A program made the translations under genes and the position numbers. Source: Isurus oxyrinchus (lineage: Eukaryota). From it: a stretch of 64,000 nucleotides of DNA. This document shows positions 12,970 through 25,740 of the stretch, in pieces. How positions within the stretch are numbered: the stretch's first letter is position 1; every line of letters starts with the position of its first letter. Below the pieces are notes generated by a model. It saw only the letters and a program-made list of their open reading frames with translations, had not been told where the DNA came from and searched no databases. The stretch covers positions 167,710,001-167,774,000 of the forward strand of contig JANJGN010000009.1 in assembly GCA_026770705.1 (NCBI GenBank), given 5' to 3'.

Positions 12970-13223
12970 CTCAACAGATATGCCACGTACACTGGGTCCC
13001 ATTGTGACTGTCCCAACCTTTACTAGGAAGTCACCGTACAGGTAGCGAGGTCCCCGGCTCTCTATCTTGCTGCTTTTTGCATTCTGGAAAAACCCCTTCA
13101 GTTTGATCATTAGCGTGTCAAAGTTTGAGTCTGCCACCAAGTAGGGGCCATTTTCGAAAAGAGCAAAGCAGCTGAGAGGGTATTCCGTGTTGTGCATAAT
13201 ATACATGAACTTTGCAGCCTGCC
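12970..13223 (-). CDS. MED20: Mediator subunit 20, exon 3 (254 nt)
   Basis: Translates to (G)[57 protein letters not shown]...[16 protein letters not shown]. Acceptor tttcatcag|GG and donor GAG|gtacgt; phases 1/0 join exons 2 and 4 in frame. Confidence 0.97.
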
Positions 13224-14959
13224 CTGATGAAAAGTAGGACGGATATCATTAGAATTAATGAGCACAAGGCTAATGAAGAGATTTGAGCCCTCGTTATACT
13301 TCCAGCCCCACAACAGGTCACACTCAGTTCAGGCTGGGTGCTGCTGCTGTTTAACAAAGATGCAGTAAATTACTCACCCAACACACACACGCAGCATCTA
13401 GAGTTCTCACTTCACTCAGCAGGAGATTTACATCAGTTATTAATTGAGCTGCTTCCTCTTTTGAAAGCACTCACTCATTCATGCTAGCTGAAAATTCCAT
13501 GGGCATTGATCACCTGCTGGTATTTCACCCCAGTAGCCATTCCTCATGTGTGTATTTCAATGGTAAGAGCTAGTAGGCTATTCAACCATGCAAGTTATCA
13601 GATCCATTTTCATGATTCCGTCCTCACTCTGCACGCACAATTCCAATAGGAGTCAATGGACAGCAAACGAAAACCAGAATTCCAGCTGATTGCGCCCCCT
13701 CCCTAACCCAGGAACATCGAAGTCAAATGCAGATGTTCACCCATCTGACATCTCCGGCTGAGATTCACTTTCAGAAAATAAAGTTTAAGAGAATCCAGTG
13801 GACTGGAAACACTTAAGCAAGACAAAATTGTATTGTAGGAAGACTTGTGAAATATAGTCAGAGTTTTTTAAAGCTGTACTACATTTTATATAGTTATTAA
13901 AAAGAAAAAAAATTCTAAAAAGTGTTCAGTTCTGGGCACCACACCCTCAGAAAAGGTGTATCAGCCTTGGAAGGGGTGCAGTGCAGAGGGATTTTTTTCC
14001 CCCTAGAAGGATGGCATTCTGTGAGTGAATCACCTGAAATCTTAAAGGCTGAGACTGCATGTCTCAACATCAATGGAAATTGCATTCAAAGACCAAGTTC
14101 TACCGCATTCCTGAATAGGTAAGCCCAAGGCATTAGAAGCATGAAAAACTGTTCAATGTTTCGACCAGCTCAGTCTTTCATGGCAACACTGAACCTCTGT
14201 ACTTATTATAACAATCTTAGGGCCAATGTGATGGTTGTGAATGTGAATGGGCTTAACATTACAGAAGTCATCCTATGTACATCAGTGCCAGCAAGCATTA
14301 TACATAAAATGGTATGTGCTGTTGTAAGCAGCTGCAGTGAGGCAGACCAGTGAGAAACGCACAAAACTGAAGGAAGACGATCATTCCTTCTGTGTTCTGA
14401 CTGTGCAAATTGTGACTTTGAGAATGAGCAATGAACGTTGATGGCAGCATTCTAAATAACCTGACTGATCACACACGCACACACCCCTAATAAAAACCTA
14501 TCAATCCCAGTTTTAAAATGTTCAATTGACCACCGAAGTCTCAACAGCTCTTTGGGGGAGAGTTCTAGATTTCCACTACTTGTGTGAAGACATGCTTCCT
14601 GACATCACCACTGAATGGCTAGCTCAAATTTTTCAGCAATGCCTCAGAGTTCGGGACTTCCCCTATCAGGGAAAAATGAATAGGAGAGAAACTATCAACT
14701 CCTTAAATCATTTTAAATACTTCAGATAGATCATTCTTTAATTTTCTACACTCAAGTTTGCAAATCTAGTCTATGCAACTTGTTTTCCTAATGTAACCCT
14801 TTTAGCTCCAGTGTCATTCTGGTGGATCATAGAAGAAATCTACAGAACAGGAAGAGGCCATTTGTCCCATCATATCCACATAGCCCTCAAGTAGCCATCC
14901 AGGCTAATCCTATTTTCCAGCTCTTAGTCCGTAGCCTTGCAGGGTATAGCATGCCGGTA

Positions 14960-15190
14960 CCGTCTGTCTTTCATCTGTCCCCATTGCAAGGATTAGCCGC
15001 ACCATGAACAATCTTTCTCCATTGTTTTCTATTCTCTGCTGCCATATTTGCCTGTCCCATAGAGAAGCCAGTCCACGTTCTGAAATTATCCATCCATCTT
15101 GGGGTCTTCCTTGTGCACGTTTTCCAGCTGTTTTGTCTTGCATTACCTTTTATTCCAAACGGATGACATAGGTCCAAAATATGAGAGCTT
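14960..15190 (-). mobile_element. RTE-clade LINE, 3' part
   Basis: KLSYFGPM...GKRAQGRP / RWMDNFRTWTG...AAENRKQWRKIVHGAANP, typical of the RTE ORF C-terminus. Confidence 0.8.
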
Positions 15191-16770
15191 AGAACCATAA
15201 AAGAGGCCATTCAGCCCCTTTATGTCTGCGCCAACCAAAAAAAAAAGAAAAAAGAAACTAGTTGCTCATTTTACTCCCACTTTCTAGCACCTTGCAGGTT
15301 ACGGCACTTCAGGTGCCTTTTAAAGTGAGTTGAGCGTTTCAGCCTCAACCACCAACTTAGACAGTGAATTCCATACAGCCACCACCCTCCGGGTGAAAAA
15401 CTTTTCCCCTCATGTCCCCTCTAATCTTTCTACCAATCACCTTAAATCTATGTCCCCAGGTAATTGACCTCTCAGCTAGGAGAAACAAGTCTTTCCTGTC
15501 TACGCTATCTAGGCCCCTCCTAATTTTGTACACTTCAATTAGGTCACCTCTTAGCCTCCTCTGTCCTAAGGAAAACAACGGTAGCCTGTACAATCTCTCC
15601 TCATAGCTGCAATTTTCAAGCATTGACAACATCCTTACAAATCTCCTCTGCACTCCCTCCAGAGCTATCATGTCCATCCTGTAATGTGGTGACCAGAACT
15701 GTACACAAAACTGCAGCTGTGGCCTAACCAGTGTTTTATACAGTTCCAGCATTACATCACTGCTTTTGTATTCAATACCTCATCCAACATAGGAAAGCAT
15801 TCCATTTGCTTTCTTGACCACCTTGTTCACCTGCCCCATCACCTTCAAGGACTGGTGGACATGCATTCCAAGGTGTCTCACTTCTTCAATCCTTCTCAAT
15901 AACTTCCCGCTTATTGAGTATTCCCTTGCTTTGTCTGCCCTCCCCAAGTGCATTACCTACATTTTTCCCGATTGAATTCCATTTGCCACTTCTCCAGCCA
16001 CTCTTCACTATCAACGATAAGGTAAATTTTGTGTCATCTGCAAATTTCCCAATCATGCCTCCCACATTTAAGTCTAAATCATTAATATATATAACAAACA
16101 GCAAGGGACCCAACACTGAGCCCTGTGGAACGCCACTGGAAACCGTTTTCCAACCACAAAAATATCCATCGACCTTTGTTTCATGTCACTGAATCAATTT
16201 TGGATCCAACCTTCCATCTTCCCCTGTATCTCAAGAGATCTCACTTTCCTGACCAGTCTGCCATGTGGGACCTTGTCAAATGCCTTACTGAAATCCATGT
16301 AGATAACATCCACTGCACTACCCTTACCAATTCTGCTTGTTACTTCCTCAAAAGATTCTATTAAGTTAGTAAGGCACGATCTTCCCCTAACAAAACCATG
16401 CTGACTATCCCTGATCAATCTGTGCCTTTCTCAGTGACAGTTTATCCTGTGTCTTAGAATTGTTTCCAATAATTTGCCCACCACCGAAGTCAGGCTGACC
16501 TGCCTATAATATCCTGGCCTATCCCTCGCATTATTTTTAAATAATGGTACAACATTTGCAGACCTCCAATCTTCTGGGACCTCGCCTGTATCTAGTGAAG
16601 ATTCGAAAATGATCCTCAGAGCATATTCAATTTCCTCCCTGGCTTCCTTCAACAGCCTGGGATACAATCCATTTGGCCCTGGTGATTTATCCACATTCAT
16701 GGATGCCAGTCCCTCCAGTACTTCCTCTCTCTCTATGCTTATTGTATCTAATATTTCACACTTCCTTGAC
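15190..16770 (-). mobile_element. CR1 LINE, ~1.6 kb 5'-truncated copy with disrupted RT
   Basis: Motifs [62 protein letters not shown] and LYKTLVRPQL spread over several frames. Confidence 0.95.
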
Positions 16771-16774
16771 ATCA

Positions 16775-17150
16775 TGGTCTCTCAACATCAGCTTTCTTGA
16801 GCACCTGCTCATCTGTCCACTTGGCCATCCTTGACATGTACTATCCATCCGAGTCTTTTAATTTTAATGCTCTTATTTGCGCCTTATCACTCTTCTTGAT
16901 GGTCCAGCCTTCACTGCCATACGTTGTCACCTGCCACACAAGGGTTTTCAAAAGATGAATGTTCATTGCGATCAAGGAGTTGTGGCTACTCCATATTCTT
17001 TTAAGTGAGTTCACAAACCCCGTGACCCTTGATAAGTCTAGCTCGAATTTCTTTAATAGATTCTGCATCTTCCGTGGTGAGTGACCCAAGCTGCAGAAGG
17101 TAGGAACCTGATTAAGCTGAACTCCATTAATCAGAATTCCAGTACTATCC
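16775..17150 (-). mobile_element. RTE-clade LINE, 5' part of the copy interrupted by CR1
   Basis: INGVQLNQVPTFCSLG...LKRIWSS...LLKTLVWQVTTYGSEGWTIKKSDKAQIRAL, an RTE RT C-terminal motif. Confidence 0.8.
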
Positions 17151-19029
17151 AAGTGTTAAATGTTGATGGTTTCAGCCTCTACCACCCTTTCAGCCAGTGA
17201 GTTCCAAACCCCCACAAACCCGGGGTGAAAAAATGTCCCTCCACACTGCACCCTTTCCAAGGCCAATATATCATTCCTGAGAGTGCGGTGCCCAGAACTG
17301 AACACAGTACTTTAAGGAAAAACGAAGTGCTGGAAATTTTCTGCAGGTCTGGCAGCATCTGTGAAGTGAGAAGCAGAATTAACGTTTTGAGTTGAATATG
17401 ACTTTTCTTCAGAACAGTACTTTAAAATGTGGATCTAACCAAAGCTTTATATAACAGTAACTTCCACTTCGTTGTACTCTAGCCCCTTGAGATAAAGGCC
17501 AACATTCTGCTAACGTTTTTAATTATTTTTATTGCCAACCCAATGGAGATCAACCGTTTTAGCACAAAGCAAAGGATGGTGATCCTGTTTCATTTATACA
17601 TGCAGAATTAATGTTCCTGGGGCTGTAGCATGGATGTAGAAGAAATTGCAGCTCAACTGTTGGGTTTTATAGGAAGACAGTAAAATTCTCAGTCCACCAC
17701 AATGTCGAATTGAATCACTGAATGCTGAAAGATTTACAGCTGGAGATTTTTCCGGTTTTCTCTTTTGCAGTGTTATCAGGTTCTGGTTGTGAGAGGTTTT
17801 ATTTATTTATCCAGGGTTCCTTTTGAGGCCATGCAGCCACTGTGGAGGCAGCGACTGGGGGACAAGCTTTGGCTGCTGCAGAAAACAATTTCAAGATGTG
17901 CACTAATGTTCTGCAGATAACTCATCCCATTTCACGCCTCTCACAGCAGGTAACTGACTGCCTGTCGGCCATTTGGTGTTTACTGGCTGTAATGAGGTTA
18001 CGACTGAACATTTAGCAGCCTAAGGGGAAAAGAACATGACCTGCATCCCACTACATCCAACCCTTTAGCACTCAATGCTCCCTCACTGACTTAGTTGCAA
18101 TGAACAATTGGATGTGCTTTCGCCAATAAAACGATTTTGACTATTTGCACCTCAGTTTGCTGATGTATTTTTTGGAGGTGGGGTGGGGGTGGGGAGGAGG
18201 GTTCTTGGTAATTCTAGTCTGAGTACCTAGGAGATTTTGTAGTCTGGTTTTTCATCTTCTGTATGCATCACAGCTTCAGCTGGTCAAAAGCCAAAAATAA
18301 GTCAGAGAAGCCAAACCATAACTTTAGTAGGTAATAGGTTATGACCATCAGCGTATCATGTAATACAGTTGGTCAAAATTGGACACAAACTCCCAATGGC
18401 TGTGGCTACAACAGACCCACAGGGTTATGATCTAGGGTGGGCTATCCAATGGGGGATCCGGTTGGATTCTGGCTCCTAACCACGTCCAGTTTGCACTGGA
18501 CCAGGATTGCAAGGTGAAAATAATTCTTTTGCTTTTCACCCTCAATGACTCTCCTAAAAGCAAAGGCTTCATTAGAGCTGAGTTCCACAGTTGACAATAT
18601 CACCCTGAACAAGCAGCTAGTGTTCAAATACAAGTCTTAACCATGGAAAGAAGCATCACAACCAAGCCAAACGCAGTCTTCACCTGCCAGGTACACAACT
18701 GCCCTTCCAGCAGGCGTTGCAGGAGAGCTAAAAAAAAAAAGTGGGGTGCAGTGTCGTTTTCTCCCCTCTGACTCCAGGGCACTAAGGTCAATGTAATGCC
18801 CCAATCATTGCCGCAGTACTGATCAACTAACACAGCAGAGGCTTGAGATCAAACCACAGACCTTTGTTGATTTGTACATTTCAACCATGAACACTTTGTA
18901 CGGCTTGGGAAATCCTGTAAAATGAGTCTTAGAAACTGCTCCATTTATCAAAAAATTAGGAAAGTTACATGAAACTACTACTTGCTTTGTGCTTCAAGTT
19001 TCAAAGAGAGTAGCGAGGGTAGTATAGAA

Positions 19030-19538
19030 TCTACAACAATAATATACAGTTTTTGTTCGTCCGCACTGTTCTGATTGGTTGGTGGGTCCAGTTGGTGGGT
19101 GAAGCCTGGCAGACGCAGAAGCATCTGGAGCGCGCAGAGGGCTGCAGCTCATGGTGCACGCGTGGCAGCCAATGGCCGGTGGCAGCAGTGGGGTGGGGGA
19201 GGCTGGTGGGGAAAAAAAAGAACAGTGGAAGTAGAGGGGATCTCAACAACAAAGTACAAAGCCTGGGCGGTGGGGTGGGCTTGATGGGCTGGGGCTGCGC
19301 AGGAGGGGGAAATGACGAATGGAAATGAGATGGCTTAGGAGGAATGGGGTTGCGATGGAACAGGGAAGAAGGGATGGGATGGGGATGGTATGAGGGTGAT
19401 GAAAGGAATGGGATAGGTATGGCATGGGAGGGTTGGCACTGGGGGGGGGGATACAATGGCATGGAATGGGGATTTAAAGTAGCACTGTTGCAATAAACAT
19501 ACGGATATTGCTGCAGATGTTTTGCAGGTCTCTGCTAG
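19030..19538 (+). mobile_element. Non-autonomous Helitron (509 bp)
   Basis: Starts A|TCTACAACAATAATATAC and ends ...CTAG|T, i.e. inserted between A and T with no TSD. Subterminal hairpin CTGCAgAtgtTtTGCAG about 11 nt before the 3' end; internal GGGAT-rich repeats. Confidence 0.7.
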
Positions 19539-19639
19539 TTGTGTCTATTCATCTCATTATATTTCAAGTTTGCGAAGGAAAGATCAAATGTTTTGCGGCA
19601 GGCAAGGAGTTGTGGGCCGTCAGTGTTTGTGATAATTAC

Positions 19640-19791
19640 CTGGGATTGTCACAGTTGGTCCTGCATGATAGGTTTCACAATCCACGCAAAATGTTCCCTG
19701 CTTAACAGCACCCAGTATTTCCAGTTTTTTGGTGAGCAGTTCCACTGCTTGCTGAACACTCTTCCCCTCAACTGCTGGAATCTGGGAAACA
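19640..19791 (-). CDS. MED20: Mediator subunit 20, exon 2 (152 nt)
   Basis: Translates to (C)[50 protein letters not shown](G). Acceptor ttttgcag|T and donor CAG|gtaatt. The phase-2 start requires an upstream MGVT(C) micro-exon. Confidence 0.96.
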
Positions 19792-21724
19792 CTGCAAAAG
19801 AGAATTAACAGATGAGCAAAACTCAGCACACATTCACGGGCAGCATTTGGCAAGGGAGAACAGTGTGCGGTGGGGGCTGTGAATTTAACATTTCCATTCT
19901 ATTCCCCCCCTCCTCTACTGAAGGTGATGCTCTCTTTGCGACACAAACGCAGAGTGTTTTGGTAACCAGCCCAAAGAGCTATTTTTTCCCAACTTGGCAG
20001 GCTATTCAACCACAGAATGCATCACAGGCTTGTATGATCAGTTTAAAAGCGAGGTTTACCATTTCCCTGATCAGCTCAACTAAGAATTTTAAAAAAATAT
20101 ATTATTCATTCACAGGATATGGACTTCGCTGGCTGGGCCAGCATTTATTGTCCATCCCTAGTTGACCTTGTGATGGCGGTGGTGAGCTGCCTATGCTGAC
20201 CATTCCAGTTCTCTGATGTATTGAGCTGGAAAAATCCTACTGGTAAACAACCAGTTCAAATTCTGCAATTAATCACGGCTCAATTTTTTTTCAAAGTGGC
20301 TCCACCAACCATATGGGCTCAATATAGCCATTCAAATAAAATCTACTCAGACCTACAAACTAACCCGGACAGGCACTACAAGCAACCAAAAGACTGAAAC
20401 ATTCTACTTCTGGCATACAACTCTCACCTTGATTAATATAAAGTTCACAAAATATTAAAAAGCTAGCAGTTAACCAACATTCAGCTGGACTTACCAAATC
20501 CATTGGTTAATAGTTCTGGTCAGGAAACAAAGTTAGAAGTCACGACTTGCTGAATAGTGAGAAACACAATCGCCTGGAATTATCTACACACGGCACTCGA
20601 GGGTGTTTGAATAGATTTCACATACAGCAACAAAAACAATCGAGGACCTGAGGGTGGGGAGACATCTGCTGGAAGTTACTGATGTCTCCACCAGGGACGA
20701 GGGGAGAACAAACAGTTAGGTCTTCACCCCCAGACGATTGCCTGCACATCTCCCAATAGCAAGCCCATTCTAGTTCACAGATCCAGACAGAACCTACAAT
20801 TCGCCATCACAGCATCCAGCTCGACCCGAACTACCCTATCTGCAGGTCCACCTAAAGTATTGATCACTCTTTGTATAAAGAACGCAGGACAAGAACTGAC
20901 ATTGGCCTGGAGATGATTTTTGAAATTTTAGCTGATTTTGTAGTGCAATCACTATTGCTTTCCCTTGTCAGAGGTAAAACAACAGTATCTTTTTTTTTTA
21001 AATTCATCTTCAGAATGCTAGCAAGGTTGCATTTACAATCAATTCCCAATAATCTAAAAATTGTGGCGCTTTCTTGCTTCACAGTGGCTGCTTGGCCACT
21101 TCAGACAACAATAGTCCCACATGATGTAATGGATTCCTAGCATGACACGCAGGGCGAGCAGACTGCCTTCCCCGGAGGTTGGAGTGGTTTGCATGGAGGT
21201 GGGGGGGGGGGGTGGGGTGGGGTGGGGGCGCAGGCGGTTACTCATGACACCTCTGAAGCTTTCCCTCCTGGTGCCAGCACACAAATTCTATTTCACAATT
21301 TGTCACTGTGGAATTTGAATGCATGACCATTCGGTTTCTAGCCCAGAGCCGTTATAACAATTATTGTGCCTCAGCACCAATTAGCAATTAGTCCTGATTC
21401 TTGCACAGTGCAGTGGATAGCCACCTCGCAAGTTCCTGATGCTGGCCCCTTACAGCAGACCCCTAGATACAATGCTCTCCCTCTATATTGCACAAAAACC
21501 GTCAACATCTCAACCTACGGGCCAGTATTTGACAATAAAAATCACCAGATTAGTGGTTGTTGATACAAACCAGATCCGTTGGAAGGCAGGAAATGAGAAC
21601 TGTCTGATCCAATCAGATCAATTAGAGAGCAAGAATAGAATCTGACAGAACCAATCAGATCGGTTTGAGGGTGAAACTGGACCCTGCCTGAATCATATTA
21701 TATTCTCCTACTTCAAGCACTTGA

Positions 21725-23640
21725 GGATTCTAAAGTTAAGAAATAGGAGCAGGAGGCCATTCAGCCCCTCAAACCTGCTCTGCTATTCAATAAGATCACG
21801 GCTGATCGTCTACCACAGCAACACCTTCTTGCACAATCTATATCCTTCAATTCCCCTAGTGTCCAAAAATCTGTCAACCTACACCTTGAATATGCTCAAT
21901 GACTGAGCAAAGACAGCTCTCAGACACACCACCCTTTGAATGAAGGAAGTTTCCCTTATCTCAGAGCTAAACATCTGACCCTTACTCAGACTGTGATCCC
22001 GAGTTCTAGATACCCCAGCCAGGGGAAATATCCTCCCAACATCTATCCTGCAGAATCCCTTAAGAATTTTATATATTTCAATGAGATTACTTTTCATTAT
22101 TCTAAGCTCTAGTGAACATAAGTTTAGGCTACTCCATCTCTCCTCTTGGGACTATCCACCCATGTGCCTGAAACTTTTATTGCACATCCTCAAAAATGAG
22201 TATATCCTTCCTTAGGCAAGGCAACCAAAACCTAGTACCCTGGGAGTGAGTATCACTAAGGTTCTGTACGACAGCACAATATACTACACTCTAATCCCTC
22301 TGTAATAAAGGCAAACAGCATTCGCTTCCCTAACTGCTTGCTGTGTCCATGTGTTAAGTGTGAGGTCATACATTTAGGGAGGTCAAACAGTTACAGGGAT
22401 TGCAAAATAAATGGGAATATACTAAGAGGGGTAGATGAAATGAGAGATCTTGGCGTACAAGTACACAGGTCCCTGAAGGCAGCAGTTCAAGTAGACAAGG
22501 TTGTAAAAAAGGCATATGGAATGCTCTCCTTCATTGGCAGGGGTATAGAACATAAAAGTAAGGATATAATGTTGAATTGTATAAAAACACTGGTGAGGCC
22601 ACAACTGGAGTAGTGTGTGCAGTTCTGGTCACCACATTACAGGAAGGACGTAATAGCTCTGGAGAGAGTGCAGAGGTGGTTTACAAGAATGTTGCTAGGG
22701 TTAGAAAAGTGTAGCTACAAGGAGAGATTGGATAGGTTGGGGTTATTTTCCTTCGAACAAAGGAGGCTGAGAGGTGACTTGATTGGGGTGTACAAAATTA
22801 TGAGAGAAATAGATAGAGTGGACAGGATGAAATTGTTTCCCTTGGTGGAGAATTCTAGAACCGGGGACATAGATTCAAGATAAGTGGCAGAAGGTGTGGG
22901 GGGGGCATGAGGAAGAACTTTTTTATGCAGAGGGTAGTGGGTGTCTGGAATTCACTGCCCAAGTTGGTGATAGAGGCAGAAACTTTAAACTCTTAAGTAC
23001 CTGGATCTGCACCTAAAGTGCTGTAAGCTGCAGGGCTATGGGCCGAGTGCAGGAAGGTGGGATTAGAAAGGGCACCTGGGTGTCCTCGGGCTGGCATGGA
23101 CAAGATGGGCCGAATGGCCTCCTTCTGTGCTGTAACTTTTCTATGGTTAACTTCCTGTGATTTGTGTACGGACACCCAGGTCTGTCTGAATACTAGCATT
23201 CCCCAGTCTCGTGCCATTTAAAATATATCCTGCTTTTTGATTTTTCCTACCAAAGTAGATAGCTTCACATCATATTCCATCTTGTTCCTGCACACTCACT
23301 TCCCGTCTAAACCCTTTTGCAGCCTATTGGTGTTCTCCTCCCCCTTTGGAAAGCCCAAATGCACTATATCCACTGGTTCCCCCTTATCCACCCAACTCAC
23401 TATATCCTCAAAAAACTTGAGGGATTTGTCAAACACCATTTACCTTTCATAAATTAGTGTTGGCTCCACTTAATCATATCATGATTTTCCAACTCTCTAT
23501 AATCATGCCTCTACTACTACTACTCTACTACTGATGTCAGGCTAACTGGCTCGGTTTCCTCTTTCCCTCCTTTCTTGAACAGCGGGGATAGTTTTTCCAC
23601 TTTCCAAATCATGGGGACCATTCTAAAACCTAGGGAATTC
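21725..23640. mobile_element. Nested CR1 copies: younger plus-strand CR1 (~22349-23145) inside an older minus-strand CR1 (21725-22345 and 23150-23640)
   Basis: Plus copy encodes KCEVIHLGR...RDLGVQVH...KTLVRPQLE.CVQFWSPHYRKD; flanking sequence is colinear minus-strand CR1. Confidence 0.85.
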
Positions 23641-24144
23641 CAAAGAATTTGCAAAACGAGTGGATGGTTTTGAACAGCTATGGTGTATTTATTGCCAAAG
23701 AAACCTACAGATAATAACCACCTACTAAAAATTCAGGTTTTTAAATCTTTTCTTTTCCCTGAAAGGTAATTTTCCCCAGCTTGGCTGGTACTATCTTCAT
23801 TAGCTTGATACAGCTGCAGCCACTAACAAGTGAGATATTCCTGGGAAGGAAACTGGCTTTATTTGAATATTCCAGTCACTGTGCTCACAGAAGAAAATCA
23901 GAAATAAACCAAGGATTAGTGTTGGAATGATCTGAAAGCAACCAGATGGAGATTACCAGGTTTAGGATTGCACTTGTGTGTCTAGTGTGATGAGTGATGC
24001 AGACTGGCGCTAAGTTTCAGCAGCCATTTCTGATTCCGTCATTTTGAAAGCTTTCAAGTTTTTTGAAGCTTTTTTTGTTCCTTTATACCATTAGAAGAAA
24101 TCGGTTTGTTACTTTGAAATAACTGTGACAAAGAGAGACTGAAC

Positions 24145-24968
24145 CATCAGAACTCTGGCATGCGCCAGAAGGGAAAAAATAGTATGAGAGAGTGCAACTC
24201 CACCATTGAAAGCAGTCAGATTCTATTCCCTGAGCAGACTATCAGTCACTTGGTTGAACACCTCATCATCAAAACTTTCAAATAAGGAGCAAGACGCAGC
24301 TTGACTGGTGGTGAGAAGCTCCCTCCGAGTCAGAGCCTTCCTGCACGCATAGAGTCTCACCCCCTCCGCGCACTGCCCTCGAGGCGGCTACAGTAGGGAA
24401 GAGACTGTTGCCCATCTCCTGGGATGTGCCTTTGCAAAGCAGGTCTGGGGAGGGATGTAGTATTTACCGTGGTTCATCCCGAGCAGCTCCATGACATGCG
24501 GCTGTGTGCTCTCCACTGTCCAGGGATGCACAACGAGATTAGCTTCAACTACTGCTGGAGGACCATCAAATTGGTGAAGATGCTCTCTAGCCTACCTCAA
24601 AATTGTTGGCCTTCCAATGCAAGGAACTGTCCACGACTGAGTGTTGCAGGCTGGCACATTCGAAGGTGCAGGACAACGTGCTGAGGGATGTACTAAAGCT
24701 GGGGGCAGCTGTTGTAAAGGCTTACTGGGAAAAGGCCAATGTCTAAGGCCCTGCCGTCATGGTGCACCAAGAGGCTGAAAACCTCGGGCTGTATGTTTAA
24801 CATGAAATGAATATTGTAAATATAATCTGTAATGGAAGATGAGGTACCTCAGAGTGCCAGTGTATGGAAAGAAATGGATCTGTTTTGCATTGTATGCAGT
24901 GTAAACTTTGAACTAATATGTAATGTACCTTTACAAATTTTATGAATAAAGTAATTTTTTGGAAAAAA
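24145..24968 (+). mobile_element. Tx1/L1-clade LINE 3' fragment
   Basis: Degenerate translation ...LVVRSSLRVRAFLHA.SLTPSAHCPRGG...EETVAHLL.CAFAKQVW (C-terminal zinc-knuckle region); ends AATAAA...A-rich at 24946-24968. Confidence 0.75.
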
Positions 24969-25169
24969 GTTAAATCCAAAATCCAAGTCCCATGTCTATT
25001 CCTACAGATCACAGTGTTGCGCACTACAATTTATAATAAGCGCTATCATTTTAAAAATGCAATTGTATCGATTAATATTCTCAGCACAAGAAAATGAACA
25101 GACAATACCACCGATTAGGTAGAGGTTATAGCTAATATCCCACCCCCCACAAAGCACCTTGGCACGTTT

Positions 25170-25740
25170 TACAACAACAACGTATTTATATATCACTTTT
25201 AATGTAATAAAACATCCCAAGGTGCTTCACAGGAGCATTATAAAACAAAATATGACATCAAGCAACATAATGATTAGATGACCAAAAGTTTGATCAAAGA
25301 GATGGGTTTTAAGGTGTGCCTTAAAGCAGGAAAGCGAGTTAGAGGGGCAGAGAGGTGTAGGCAGGGTATTTCAGAGTTTAGGGCCAAGGCAACTAAAGGC
25401 ACAGCCACCAGCGGTGGAGCAATTAAAATCAGGGTGCACAATGGAATTAGAGGGTCACAGACATCTCAGAGGATTATGGGGCTGGAAGAGGTTAGAGAGA
25501 AAGAAAGAGGTGAGGCCATGGAAGGATTTAAAAACAAGGATGAGAATTTTAAAATCAAGATGTTGCCTGACCGAGAGCCAATGTAGGTCAGCGAACACAG
25601 GAGTGACAGGTGAACAAGAGTTGTTGCAAGTTAAGATATGGGCAGCAGAGTTTTGGGTGATCTCAAGTTCAGGGTGGGGAGAATGTGGGAGAGCAGCCAA
25701 GAGTGCATTGGAATAGTCAAGTCTAGAGGTAACGAAAGAA
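25170..25740 (-). mobile_element. L2 LINE 3' end
   Basis: ORF track: LEITQNSAAHILT...PVTPVFADLHWLSVRQHLDFKILILVFKSFHGL. Confidence 0.9.

Noticed and set aside
20485-20505. Minus-strand ATGGATTTG|gtaagt as possible MED20 exon 1
   Set aside because: Strong donor, but phase 0 from that ATG while exon 2 needs phase 2, and the peptide does not match.
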